64,000 bases of DNA from the IMG/VR virus record IMGVR_UViG_3300029305_011606. One strand, written 5' to 3'. This document shows positions 54,500 to 64,000 of this stretch, in pieces (the first letter of the stretch is position 1; every line of letters begins with the position of its first letter). The position numbers and the translations under genes are program-made. The notes beneath the pieces are model-generated. The model had not been told where the DNA came from. It saw only the letters and a program-made list of their open reading frames with translations, and did not search any database. The stretch comes from an uncultured virus (IMG/VR IMGVR_UViG_3300029305_011606). Lineage: Duplodnaviria > Heunggongvirae > Uroviricota > Caudoviricetes.

Positions 54500-56968
54500 A
54501 TGGCTCAGATCACCATCCGGGATGAGAAGGACATGATCGTATCGGCTACGGCTCCGTCCAATCCGTCCACGGATACGATATGGCTGGATACCAGTACTAC
54601 GCCCCACAAGCTCAAACGCTGGAACGGCTCTGCCTGGGTAGAATGCGGCGCAGATGTTGACCTGTCCAATTACTACACCAAGACAGAAGTCAATACCCAG
54701 ATCACCCAGACGCAGAACATGATCGCATCCAAAGCGGATGCGAGTACCGTGTCCTCACTCGGTCAGCGCGTATCGGCTGCGGAGGAAAAGATCACCCCGG
54801 AGGCCATCTCTCAGACGGTGGCCTCCTCCGCGCTGTACGCCTTTGAAAAGTATGCCGGGCGAAACTATCTTCTGGACAGCGGCAACACATTGACCTATAC
54901 GGGCGGCTACTACCAGCAGAATGGCGGTAACTACGGATACACAAAGTATCTGTATGCATCTGATGACTTCTTCCCTCACAGCAATGGGCTGAAGAACATG
55001 TACCTATCCTTTGATATCAAGCGTACAAATGTGGATGCCTCGACCGCCACCAGTGTGGGTATCTATTTCGGCGTTTTCATCTATTACCGGTATTACAACA
55101 CCAGCGGGACGCTGACTACATCCGGGCGCGGATATTATTTGCGTACCACGGACGCCAGCTTTGTAGCAACAGACAGTGACTGGGTCAGGCTGACCTATGG
55201 TAACGTGGACTTCTCTTCCTATGGGCCGGTCAGCTTTGCCTATCTGTCAGTCGGAACATCCAGTGCAAAAGGAATGACCGGCACGGTGGAGGTGCGGAAT
55301 ATCAAGCTGGAGCTGGGCGGCGCTACGGAGTGGAGCGCCGCACCGGAAGACATCTACGGACTGGCGAAGCGAATGACCTCTGCTGAGTCAAAGATTCAGC
55401 AGAATACAAATAGCCTCGCGCTGAAGGTCAGCACTTCCACCTACAACACGGAGAAGGTCTACCGGGGAACAACTGCGCCCACCACACTGTACACCAACAT
55501 GCTATGGCTGGACACCAGCGTCACGCCCAATCTGCTCAAACGCTACACCGGCAGCGAATGGGTGGCAGCCGGCGCGGAGGAGGTCAAGGCTTCCGGCATC
55601 TACATCGGGCCGAATCAGATCTCCATGACCACAGAAAACTTCTTGCTCCAGCTGCTCGACCCAGCAGACAATGAGAACGTCCTCATGGAGATGTCGGCAG
55701 ACGGCAACGTGGGCTTCAAGGAGTTGTATGCCGATGAAGTGATCTCCGACTCCGTGGCGCAGGCATACTTCGGCCCGACGTATATTGACATTGTGCCGAC
55801 TGCAAACACCACGAGCGAGTATACCTACCGTTCTCTGGGTGACGCCATGCTGGCGCTCAACAACCGCTATCTCAAAGAAGATGTGACCATCTACCTGCCG
55901 TGGGGCGAGGAAACCTACGAATCCGCAGGCGTCTTGATTCGCGGCATCTCCGGACCCGGCAAGCTGCGCATCTACGGTTACGGCACCAGCAGTACCCTTA
56001 ACTCGTTCATCAAGATTCAGGGCTGCTTTGCGCACATCGAATTCTACAATGTGTCGCTACGGGAAATCCGTGGTCTGAACGGCAGCAACTATCAGTCGTA
56101 CCTGGTGGAGCTGCTGATGAATCACTATGTCACGTTCAGCAACTGCACCTTGGATGCGAACAGCGTGACCTATGACTCCATCTACTGCCGGGGCAGCTAT
56201 GTCTACCTCTATGCCTGCGGCCTGTACAATGCGCTGCAAGGGCTGGAAGTGTATATGGGGCAGGCGTTCGTCAACAACTGCAAGGGATCCTGCTCGTGGG
56301 CCATGGTCAGTTATGCTGGGTACATCATTGCATCCGGCACCGTCCCGGCAGGCAGCCGAGGCACGGGCAACAACGGACAGATTTTTGCTTCCAACGTAAC
56401 CACTGACTACGGCACAGCCATCCCCACGGTCACGCCGGATGAAACCACGATCCAGTACGCCACAACGACGAAATCGTGGCGCGGCAGCTGGCGTACCGAT
56501 ACGGTGGATGTCATTCAGGGTGTATATTCTGACAGCGGTTATTCCAGTTCGCTCAATTGGCACAGGGGCTGCATGTGGTTTGACTGGCTTCAGAATGTGC
56601 TTAGTGGATGCACTGTCAAGAACGCGACGCTTACGCTGCACCGCAAGACCGGCTCCGGCGCAAGCGGCGCGAAGACCGTTTACCTGTGTGCGATCACCAA
56701 TACCTCCGCAAGCGGAACGCCGAGCATTGCGTACAACTATGGGGCTATCGGCACGATTGGCAGAGACAAGCAGGTCACGTTCTCCATCCCCACGGATGCC
56801 GTGCAAGGGCTGGCAGACGGTACTTACGGCGGTCTGTGTCTTTATGAAACGCCATACAACTTCGGCTCGTCCACCTATTCCAGCTGCTATATGCGTATGT
56901 CGGGTACAGATACGGATCTGGAACCCTATCTTGAAGTGGTCTACTCCGGCAGTACGGCTGTCGGCTAA
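54500..56968 (+). CDS. Tail fiber / receptor-binding protein
   Basis: Two WLDTS..P..LKR..G..W repeats, GRNYL..NIKLELG module, beta-helix-like region. Confidence 0.75.
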   Translation: MAQITIRDEKDMIVSATAPSNPSTDTIWLDTSTTPHKLKRWNGSAWVECGADVDLSNYYTKTEVNTQITQTQNMIASKADASTVSSLGQRVSAAEEKITPEAISQTVASSALYAFEKYAGRNYLLDSGNTLTYTGGYYQQNGGNYGYTKYLYASDDFFPHSNGLKNMYLSFDIKRTNVDASTATSVGIYFGVFIYYRYYNTSGTLTTSGRGYYLRTTDASFVATDSDWVRLTYGNVDFSSYGPVSFAYLSVGTSSAKGMTGTVEVRNIKLELGGATEWSAAPEDIYGLAKRMTSAESKIQQNTNSLALKVSTSTYNTEKVYRGTTAPTTLYTNMLWLDTSVTPNLLKRYTGSEWVAAGAEEVKASGIYIGPNQISMTTENFLLQLLDPADNENVLMEMSADGNVGFKELYADEVISDSVAQAYFGPTYIDIVPTANTTSEYTYRSLGDAMLALNNRYLKEDVTIYLPWGEETYESAGVLIRGISGPGKLRIYGYGTSSTLNSFIKIQGCFAHIEFYNVSLREIRGLNGSNYQSYLVELLMNHYVTFSNCTLDANSVTYDSIYCRGSYVYLYACGLYNALQGLEVYMGQAFVNNCKGSCSWAMVSYAGYIIASGTVPAGSRGTGNNGQIFASNVTTDYGTAIPTVTPDETTIQYATTTKSWRGSWRTDTVDVIQGVYSDSGYSSSLNWHRGCMWFDWLQNVLSGCTVKNATLTLHRKTGSGASGAKTVYLCAITNTSASGTPSIAYNYGAIGTIGRDKQVTFSIPTDAVQGLADGTYGGLCLYETPYNFGSSTYSSCYMRMSGTDTDLEPYLEVVYSGSTAVG

Positions 56969-56988
56969 CATGGAAAGGAGACCAACAA

Positions 56989-57696
56989 ATGAATATCGTG
57001 ATTCCTCTCGCGGGGCGGGTGCGTATGTGCATCCGCTCTTCTTATGTCGCGGCAAAGCGCATTGATGTGACCCACTACGACCTGTCCGGCGATTCATTCA
57101 ACTTAGCTGGCGTGACCGCCGATCAGGTCTATGTCTTTGACGATACCGTTCAGGTGACGGAGAACGATGAACTGACCCCGGAACTGAGAGCCAAAGCACT
57201 GCCCCTGGAACAGTTCGTCCGGGTAACGTCTGAGGATGCTTTGCCTAATGCGCTGGGTATGTTGCTTCGTCTCGCTGTGGCAGACGGGCGCATCTCCGAT
57301 GCCGAGCTGCTTACCATCCAGCCCGCGCTGGAAGGGAGGCTCTGGCAACCGGGTATCTCCGTTCAGGTGGGTGATGTGTACACCTTTGGCGCATTTCTCT
57401 GGAAATGCCTGCAGGCGCATACTACCCAGGGAACGTGGGCTCCTGATCTGGTACCCGCACTCTGGCGCAAAGTGGAGATCATCCCGGAGGACGCGGTGCG
57501 TGTCTGGGGCGCCGGTATTGACTACATCATCGGAGATGAAGTTGCTTTCCCGGATGAGAACGGTTTGCTGTATGAATGCCTTCAGGCGCACACCTCGCAG
57601 GAGGGCTGGGAACCTCCGATGATCCCTGCGCTCTGGAAGGAGAAAGGTGCTGCTGACTCCGATGCGTCGGAAGAAATCGAGATTGCAACCGAGTAA
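56989..57696 (+). CDS. Carbohydrate-binding (CBM5/12-like) tail-associated protein
   Basis: Two CLQAHT.Q..W.P...PALW repeats. Confidence 0.75.
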   Translation: MNIVIPLAGRVRMCIRSSYVAAKRIDVTHYDLSGDSFNLAGVTADQVYVFDDTVQVTENDELTPELRAKALPLEQFVRVTSEDALPNALGMLLRLAVADGRISDAELLTIQPALEGRLWQPGISVQVGDVYTFGAFLWKCLQAHTTQGTWAPDLVPALWRKVEIIPEDAVRVWGAGIDYIIGDEVAFPDENGLLYECLQAHTSQEGWEPPMIPALWKEKGAADSDASEEIEIATE

Positions 57697-57770
57697 CAGG
57701 CCGTTCAGCAATGGGCGGCTTTTACTATACCCATTTTCCTATCTACCTATATGACAAGGAGGACATCACT

Positions 57771-58229
57771 ATGGAAAACTTTACTGTTGATCTGGTCTGG
57801 ACGAAGATCGAAATCGCCATCACCGCTCTGGGCGGCTGGTTGGGCTACTTCCTGGGCGGCATGGACGGTCTGCTCATTGCGCTCATCATCTTCATGACCA
57901 TCGACTACATCACCGGGGTCATGGTGGCGATCAGCGCCAAGACGCTGTCCAGTGCCGTGGGCTTCAAGGGCATCTGCCGCAAGGTGCTGATCCTGATGCT
58001 GGTTGGCGTGGCGCACATTGTTGACCTGCATGTGGTAGGCACCGGCAGCGCACTGCGCAGCGCCGTAGTCTGCTTCTACCTGGCGAATGAGGGCGTGTCC
58101 CTGCTGGAGAACGCCTCTCAGCTGGGCCTGCCCATCCCGGAAAAGTTCAAGGAGGCGCTCACCCAGATCCACAAGGGCAACACCACGAAGCCGGAACTGC
58201 CTGAAGATACCGATACGAATAAACAGTAA
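57771..58229 (+). CDS. Holin (toxin secretion/phage lysis family)
   Basis: LGG.D, IDYITG, SS.VGFKGI.RK, NEG.SLLEN..LGLPIP. Confidence 0.92.
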   Translation: MENFTVDLVWTKIEIAITALGGWLGYFLGGMDGLLIALIIFMTIDYITGVMVAISAKTLSSAVGFKGICRKVLILMLVGVAHIVDLHVVGTGSALRSAVVCFYLANEGVSLLENASQLGLPIPEKFKEALTQIHKGNTTKPELPEDTDTNKQ

Positions 58230-58283
58230 GCGACCGACCGGGGCTGTGGGACGACCGCAGCCCCTTTTAACATAGGAGGATTT

Positions 58284-59456
58284 ATGCCTGATACTACTCT
58301 TTCCATTGAAAGAATCAATACCCCGTATACGAATGAGCATTTTGTCGCCTTTTGCGAGAAGATGCTTGACCAGCCCTATTGGTATGGGTCGGTCGTCTAT
58401 AAGTGTACCGAGAGCCTGCGCAAAAGAAAAGCGGAACAGTATCCTTCGCATTATGGCTCTAGCCGTACTGCCCGCTACAAGGACGATATCGCCAAGAAGA
58501 AGGTCTGCGCCGACTGCGTTGGCCTGATCAAAGGTTACCAGTGGACCAGTGGCGGTATCGGAGTTATCGAGTCCATCGGCACGGATAACACCTTCAAGAG
58601 CAAGTATGGAAATCACGGATGCCCTGACAAGTCCGCCAACGGCATGTTCACCTATGCCAAGAGCAAGGGCATGGCCTGGGGTACCATTGATACCATCCCT
58701 GAGATCCCTGGCATCGCTGTCCGCTTCGATGGTCATGTTGGCGTGTATGTCGGAAACGGCTATGTCATCGAGGAACGCGGTTTTTCGTATGGGTGCGTTA
58801 AGACCAAGCTGAGTGGCCGCAAGTGGCTGCATTGGTATCAGCTTCCGTTCATCGACTACGGCGATGCTTTTGCAGATGTTCCCACCAGCCCCGGCAGTTC
58901 TACTACCGTTGTGGCCACCCTGGGCAGCCGTCTCCTGAAGAAGGGCATGGTTGGTCAGGATGTGAAGGCTCTGCAGGAGCTTCTGATCCAGCTGGAATAT
59001 GACCTGTCCAAGTATGGCGCGGATGGCGACTTCGGCAGCGAAACCGAGGCCGCCGTGAAGTCCTTCCAGAAGAAGGCTGGCGTCAAGGTGGACGGTAAGT
59101 ACGGCGATGAAACCCACAAGGCGCTCATGGACGCTGTTGCGGACGATGATGAAGGCAAGGGCAATGTGGACGAGGATGACCAGCCTTCCACTGAAACGCC
59201 CGATGTGCCTGCCCAGTCCGATACGCCCGCCGAGTCCACCCCCGAAACCGCCCCGGTCAAGACCGTTCTGATCACTGCCGGCAACGGCGGCAAGGTCAAC
59301 ATCCGCGTGGGCAACGGTACGAACTATGGCCGCATTACCTCTGTAGCCTCCGGCACGGCGCTTCCCTACATCGCCACTGCACCCGATGGCTGGCATGCTG
59401 TTGCACTCAGCGACCGTGTGGGCTGGGTGTCCGGCAAGTACAGTCAGGTTGTTTAA
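58284..59456 (+). CDS. Endolysin (NlpC/P60-like Cys-His domain + PG-binding + SH3)
   Basis: DCVGLIKGY, GHVGVY, DGDFG.ET..AVK.FQ, VNIR.G.GT.Y..GWVS. Confidence 0.9.
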   Translation: MPDTTLSIERINTPYTNEHFVAFCEKMLDQPYWYGSVVYKCTESLRKRKAEQYPSHYGSSRTARYKDDIAKKKVCADCVGLIKGYQWTSGGIGVIESIGTDNTFKSKYGNHGCPDKSANGMFTYAKSKGMAWGTIDTIPEIPGIAVRFDGHVGVYVGNGYVIEERGFSYGCVKTKLSGRKWLHWYQLPFIDYGDAFADVPTSPGSSTTVVATLGSRLLKKGMVGQDVKALQELLIQLEYDLSKYGADGDFGSETEAAVKSFQKKAGVKVDGKYGDETHKALMDAVADDDEGKGNVDEDDQPSTETPDVPAQSDTPAESTPETAPVKTVLITAGNGGKVNIRVGNGTNYGRITSVASGTALPYIATAPDGWHAVALSDRVGWVSGKYSQVV

Positions 59457-59470
59457 GCATGGTATTGTCT

Positions 59471-59500
59471 ACTGCCCTCTGATTCCCGGAGGGCAGTCTT
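59471..59500 (+). terminator. Terminator after lysis genes
   Basis: ACTGCCCTC...GAGGGCAGTCTTT. Confidence 0.65.
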
Positions 59501-59513
59501 TGGGGGTGAGAAC

Positions 59514-59936
59514 ATGACGCGGGAACAGCAGGAAGAAATCAGGCGGCTCAGAGCTATGGGCGAAGGCTATAAGAAAATCGGCGCCCTTCTCGACCTTTCC
59601 GTGAATACGGTCAAGTCGTTTTGCAGAAGGGATGCCGGTTCAGAGCTTGCCGAAGCTGAAGATAATATTCTGCCCACGGACGACGCGCAGTTGTGTCCTC
59701 GCTGTCACCGGCCTGTCGCGCCGGTTCCGGGACACAGAAAGCGCGTCTTTTGCTCGGATGCCTGTCGTGTGGCATATTGGCGCATGCAGGCACGATCTGC
59801 AATCACAAAAACCTGTGTCGGCTGCGGTCAGCCTCTTTTGGGTCATGACCGCGACAGGAAATATTGCAGCCACGACTGCTATATCTCGCATCGCTTTGGA
59901 CGGACAAATGGAGGACGGAATGATCGCAGTGCGTAA
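59514..59936 (+). CDS. HTH + Zn-ribbon protein of the recombinase module
   Basis: GYKKI..L.LSVNTVKSFCRR; CPRC, FCSDACR, YCSHDCY. Confidence 0.85.
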   Translation: MTREQQEEIRRLRAMGEGYKKIGALLDLSVNTVKSFCRRDAGSELAEAEDNILPTDDAQLCPRCHRPVAPVPGHRKRVFCSDACRVAYWRMQARSAITKTCVGCGQPLLGHDRDRKYCSHDCYISHRFGRTNGGRNDRSA

Positions 59937-60135
59937 AACTCAGCAGAACACCGGTGCCCCGCTTCTAACCCACGACCAGCTTCAGCGAGAACTGTCCTAC
60001 CGCGCCGCGATATCCGTTCTAAAGGAAATGCTGGATACAGGACTGGTTACTGCCAAGGAAATTGTCACAATTGCACCGATCCTCGCGGAAAAATTCTCTC
60101 CCGTTTGGGGCGATTTGTATCAAAGTATCGCTTGA
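59920..60135 (+). CDS. Small SHOCT-like protein
   Basis: RE..Y...L.EML..GL.T..E; RBS GGAGG. Confidence 0.65.
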   Translation: MIAVRKTQQNTGAPLLTHDQLQRELSYRAAISVLKEMLDTGLVTAKEIVTIAPILAEKFSPVWGDLYQSIA

Positions 60136-60224
60136 TATATCCCTCCAAAAGAGTGATTAATGGTCACGGAAACCGGGCAGCCCGATGCGCTTCGGCTTCC
60201 AATACCGAGCGAGGAGTGAAAAGA

Positions 60225-61580
60225 ATGGAGATCACCAGGGTTGACAGGGGTACGGTCGTTCACAGGGTCAAGCAGACGCAAAACGAGTTACCCAGGCGCA
60301 AGCGTGTCGCCGCATATTGCAGAGTCTCATGCGGAAAGGACGCCATGCTGCACTCGCTTTCCGCACAGGTCAGCTATTATAATCAATACATCCAGAAGTG
60401 TCCTGGCTGGGAATACGCCGGGGTGTATGTAGACGAAGCGATGACGGGCACAAAGGATGATCGTCCACGTTTTCAGCAGATGTTGGAAGATTGCCGAGCA
60501 GGACGAATCGATATGATTATCACCAAGAGCATCAGTCGGTTTGCACGAAACACGGTTACCATTCTGGAAACCGTCCGTGAGCTGAAGGCCATAGGCGTGG
60601 ACGTTTACTTTGAAGAAGAACACATTCATTCGATGAGCGGGGATGGTGAGCTGCTGCTTACCCTTCTCGCTTCTTTTGCGCAGGAGGAAAGCAAGAGTGT
60701 ATCCGACAACTGCAAGTGGCGCATCCGTAAGGATTTTGCGGAAGGCAAACCCATGAACCTCATGCTCTTATACGGATACAAAACCGTGGATGGGAAGATC
60801 GTGATCGATGAGGATGAGGCTACTATCGTCCGCAGGATTTTCCGCGAGTATCTGGATGGGATGGGCAGTGTGCAGATCGCAAAGAGGCTGGCTCACGAAC
60901 AGGTACCCAAGCGGCTGGGCGGCGAATGGTCGTCAACCTATGTGGTTGAAGTGCTGACCAACGAAAAGTATACCGGCGACTGCCTTCTGCAAAAGACCTT
61001 TGTGGAAGATCACCTTTCAAAAAAGCGGCACCGCAATATCGGCCAGCTGAACCAATATTACGCAGAAAATACCCATCCGGCGATCATTGACCATGAGACT
61101 TACGAACGCGCCCAACAGATTCTTGCCGAGCGTAGAGAGTTTATCAACGTTCGAAAGTCTACGGTCGCCCGTTATCCCTTTACCAGCAAAATCGTTTGCG
61201 GCAACTGCGGCGCGAACTACAACCGCAGGACACGCTCTACCGGGCGCAACTCCACCCCGCGCTATACCTGGCAATGCCTCACCTATACGAGAAAGGGCAA
61301 GCGATACTGCCCCGCTAGCCAGATTCCTGAAGAAGTGCTGGAGGTACTCACCTGCGAGGCATTAGGAGTCAGCGAAGTGACGGATGAGGCCATGAAGCAG
61401 TTGGAAGTCATCCGAGTGGTTGACAGCGACCGCTTACAGTTTGTTTTCAAGGACGGTCACACAGAGGAGCGGCAATGGGCATGGGAATCCAGAGCCAGCT
61501 CATGGACTCCTGAGATGCGGCAGAAAGCCAGTGAGCAGATGAAGATTGAATCGGCAAGAAGGAGGCAGCGCCATGAGTGA
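60225..61580 (+). CDS. Large serine recombinase 1
   Basis: AAYCRVS, TKSISRFARN, AQEES, NEKY.GD, CGNCG Zn ribbon. Confidence 0.93.
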   Translation: MEITRVDRGTVVHRVKQTQNELPRRKRVAAYCRVSCGKDAMLHSLSAQVSYYNQYIQKCPGWEYAGVYVDEAMTGTKDDRPRFQQMLEDCRAGRIDMIITKSISRFARNTVTILETVRELKAIGVDVYFEEEHIHSMSGDGELLLTLLASFAQEESKSVSDNCKWRIRKDFAEGKPMNLMLLYGYKTVDGKIVIDEDEATIVRRIFREYLDGMGSVQIAKRLAHEQVPKRLGGEWSSTYVVEVLTNEKYTGDCLLQKTFVEDHLSKKRHRNIGQLNQYYAENTHPAIIDHETYERAQQILAERREFINVRKSTVARYPFTSKIVCGNCGANYNRRTRSTGRNSTPRYTWQCLTYTRKGKRYCPASQIPEEVLEVLTCEALGVSEVTDEAMKQLEVIRVVDSDRLQFVFKDGHTEERQWAWESRASSWTPEMRQKASEQMKIESARRRQRHE

Positions 61581-63207
61581 GTCGGCAATTTCCAGCGTAT
61601 CCACCGTCGCCGGTGGAACAAGAGTACGGATGATCCCAGCCACCATGCAGCGGTATGCGGCGGCAAGACCGCTGACGGCCACCCTGCGCGTTGCTGCCTA
61701 CGCTCGCGTCAGTACGGACGAAGAAGAACAGCAGACCTCCTATGAAGCCCAGGTGGACTACTACACCAAAAAGATTCGTGAGAATCCTGAATGGATTTTC
61801 GTGGAGGTGTACGCGGACGAGGGCATCACAGGCACCAGTACCAAGCGGAGAAAGAACTTCAACCGCATGATCGAGGACGCGATGGCCGGTAAGATCGACA
61901 GGATCATCACCAAGTCGGTCAGCCGTTTTGCCAGAAATACGGTGGACACGCTGACTACCATCCGTATGCTGAAAGAAAAAGGCGTGGGCGTGACCTTTGA
62001 GAAGGAGAACATCGACACGCTGGACAGCAAGGGCGAACTGCTGATTACCATCATGTCCTCTCTGGCGCAGGAGGAAAGCCGATCCATTTCGGAAAACGTT
62101 ACCTGGGGCTGGCGCAAGCGCATCTCGGATGGTAAGGTTTCTGTGGGATATGCCCACTTCCTTGGCTATGAGAAAGGCACAGGCGAAAAGGATAACCAGA
62201 TGCGGATTGTTGAGGACGAGGCGCGAATCGTCCGTGAGATATACGCCCTCTTTCTGGACGGACAGACGCCCTCCAGCATCGCGGCCATCCTGACGGAGCG
62301 CAGCATCCCGACCCCGGCCGGGAAGGTGAAATGGACGAACAGTACGGTACGATCCATCCTGACCAATGAAAAATACAAAGGCGATTCCCTTCTGCAAAAG
62401 ACCTTCAAGCCTGATTTTCTGAGCAAAACGCAAGTAAATCGCGGCGAAGTGCCTCAGTTTTACGTAGAGAACAGCCACCCTGCCATTGTTACACCGGAAG
62501 TATTCGATCTGGTGCAGTATGAGATGACGCGCCGTAGTCAGAAGGGTCGGCACACCAGCGCGGCCAGTATTTTCTCCAATCGCTTAGTTTGCGGTGGGTG
62601 CGGCGCGTACTTTGGCAGCAAGGTTTGGCACAGCAACGACCCTTACCGCTGCGTTGTGTGGCGGTGTAATAGGAAGTACGACAAAGGCGCAGAGCGTTGT
62701 CATACGCCCCATGTTCGAGAGGAAGAGGTCAAGACTGCTTTCCAGAAGGCCCTTGAGCAGATGCTTGAACGAAAGCAAGAGATCATTGCAGCCTACGAGG
62801 CAGTGATCATGTGCCTGACCAATACGGATAAGCTGAACCGTGAGGCTGAACGGATTCAGACAGAACTGGACAGCTTTTATCTGGAGCTTAACCAGATGGT
62901 GCGCAGAAACGCTGAAATGGTGCAGGATCAGGATGAGTACAACCGATCTTTCGATGCTTTGACCGCCAAATGCGAAAGGCTCAAGGAGCAGCAGCGCAAA
63001 ATCAACGATCAGCTGGCTGAGAAAGCCGGCAGAAAGATGAAACTGGAAGCCTTCATTGAGAGGATCAGGAATACAGATGGGCTTACTGAGTTTGACGAGC
63101 ATCTGTTCGCGGGAACGGTTGAACAAGTTATCGTCAATCGCAGCGAATCGAAAAACAAAAAAAGGCTGACCTTCTGTTTCAAGGATGGAACAGAGGTCAC
63201 CGTATAA
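61573..63207 (+). CDS. Large serine recombinase 2
   Basis: AAYARVST, TKSVSRFARN, AQEESRSISEN, CGGCG, coiled coil. Confidence 0.94.
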   Translation: MSESAISSVSTVAGGTRVRMIPATMQRYAAARPLTATLRVAAYARVSTDEEEQQTSYEAQVDYYTKKIRENPEWIFVEVYADEGITGTSTKRRKNFNRMIEDAMAGKIDRIITKSVSRFARNTVDTLTTIRMLKEKGVGVTFEKENIDTLDSKGELLITIMSSLAQEESRSISENVTWGWRKRISDGKVSVGYAHFLGYEKGTGEKDNQMRIVEDEARIVREIYALFLDGQTPSSIAAILTERSIPTPAGKVKWTNSTVRSILTNEKYKGDSLLQKTFKPDFLSKTQVNRGEVPQFYVENSHPAIVTPEVFDLVQYEMTRRSQKGRHTSAASIFSNRLVCGGCGAYFGSKVWHSNDPYRCVVWRCNRKYDKGAERCHTPHVREEEVKTAFQKALEQMLERKQEIIAAYEAVIMCLTNTDKLNREAERIQTELDSFYLELNQMVRRNAEMVQDQDEYNRSFDALTAKCERLKEQQRKINDQLAEKAGRKMKLEAFIERIRNTDGLTEFDEHLFAGTVEQVIVNRSESKNKKRLTFCFKDGTEVTV

Positions 63208-63213
63208 GCAATA

Positions 63214-63280
63214 ACCCCGCAAGCGGAGCTGGTGGCTGAGTGTTTCAGCTGGTGGCTTAGCTTGCGGGGCTTTTTTTATT
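63214..63280 (+). terminator. Long hairpin terminator
   Basis: CCCCGCAAGC...GCTTGCGGGG followed by TTTTTTT. Confidence 0.7.
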
Positions 63281-63578
63281 TCATGGAGGTTACCAGGTTC
63301 ATGAGCATTTCCTTCTGCTCTGGCGTCAGCGCCGCCCAACGCATAAAGAATTGCTGTTGTTCTGGGGTGAGTTCAACCAGTTTACCTTCTGCAAAGAACT
63401 GCGCAAGAGTAATGCCGAAGCCATCGCATATGGCCCGGAGCGAAGGAATCGTCGGCTCGGTGTTGCGCTTCCACATATTAGAGATAGTTGTCTGGGCAAG
63501 GCCAGACCGCTTGGCCAGTTCATAAATCGTCCAACCGCGTTCATCCATGAGCTCTTTAATACGGGTTTTAGCGTCCAT
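63276..63578 (-). CDS. XRE-family transcriptional regulator
   Basis: RIKELM.ERGWTIYELAKRSGL.QTTI..P...L..IC. Confidence 0.88.
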   Translation of the reverse strand: MDAKTRIKELMDERGWTIYELAKRSGLAQTTISNMWKRNTEPTIPSLRAICDGFGITLAQFFAEGKLVELTPEQQQFFMRWAALTPEQKEMLMNLVTSMK

Positions 63579-63847
63579 AGCAACTCTCCTGATCATCATT
63601 CATACTGGTATAATTGTACTAATCATTTGAACTGTAAAAAAGAAATCATAAGGGTTGCTAATTACACATCATATGAGTTATAATTAGGATGGTAAATGAT
63701 ACGCATTCGAGGGTTTCGGACCGTTCGAATATGTACGGAGGTGATGGCAGAAATGTAATGATACCAAGTGTTTCCTCAACTTCATATATAGTTTCAGGCG
63801 CTTTCTGTAGAATAAGGGTTACACCCGAATGTACAGGAGGCAAGAAA

Positions 63848-64000
63848 ATGAACACAACAACTTACGGATATGTCCGTGTCTCGACCCGTGAGCAGAATGA
63901 AGATCGCCAACTCATCGCAATGCGGCAGTTCGGAGTTGATGAGGATAGCGTTTTCATTGACAAGCAGTCGGGAAAGGACTTCAATCGCCCACAATACCGA
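63848..64000 (+). CDS. Resolvase/invertase (partial, runs off the window)
   Basis: MNTTTYGYVRVSTREQNEDRQ...DKQSGKDFNRP; RBS AGGAGG. Confidence 0.85.
   Translation, partial: MNTTTYGYVRVSTREQNEDRQLIAMRQFGVDEDSVFIDKQSGKDFNRPQYR

Larger units (their letters stand above)
1..63280. mobile_element. Temperate siphovirus prophage (HK97-type head, long non-contractile tail, tandem serine integrases); exact att ends not identified
   Basis: Full ordered modules: repressor, replication, terminase/portal/protease/capsid, tail/tape measure, lysis, recombinases. Confidence 0.93.

Noticed and set aside
54500..57696. Diversity-generating retroelement targeting the tail fibre
   Set aside because: No reverse transcriptase and no TR/VR pair with adenine-specific differences was seen
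50718..59396. Very long minus-strand ORFs (655, 535, 549 aa; also 43737-45890, 4412-5749, 13596-15014)
   Set aside because: They are antisense shadows of GC3-biased plus-strand genes, with no recognisable motifs or RBS
63207..63850. attR site
   Set aside because: No matching attL is visible; the left end probably lies outside the window and serine integrase cores are too short to call by eye

Overview
The window is almost entirely one ~63-kb temperate siphophage prophage of a GC-rich Clostridia-like (Bacillota) host. Left to right it carries: an XRE/S24 repressor divergent from a large ImmA/IrrE-like metalloprotease; an early operon with phage-borne metK, DUF2800 nuclease, DUF2815 SSB, family A DNA polymerase, VirE primase-helicase, SNF2 helicase, VRR-NUC, ParB-like proteins and a DUF1492 late regulator; an inverted amidoligase/GATase-II cassette; a candidate cos region and tRNA-Thr(UGU); two DNA methyltransferases; HK97-type packaging and head genes; a long non-contractile tail module; holin/endolysin; and two tandem large serine recombinases. 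The most notable observations are: (1) two covarying hammerhead ribozymes in a ~108-bp direct repeat that bracket one gene and overlap its stop codon; (2) a 106-aa mini-intein in polymerase motif B; (3) a DUF4417 + MGGRG-tagged VIP2-like ADP-ribosyltransferase + small partner cassette inside the tail operon; (4) a six-copy TTG(A/C)YW-N12-AGAGYG promoter-like motif heading accessory cassettes; (5) a probable overprinted gene inside the C5-methyltransferase. All family calls come from motif recognition by eye, not from database searches.
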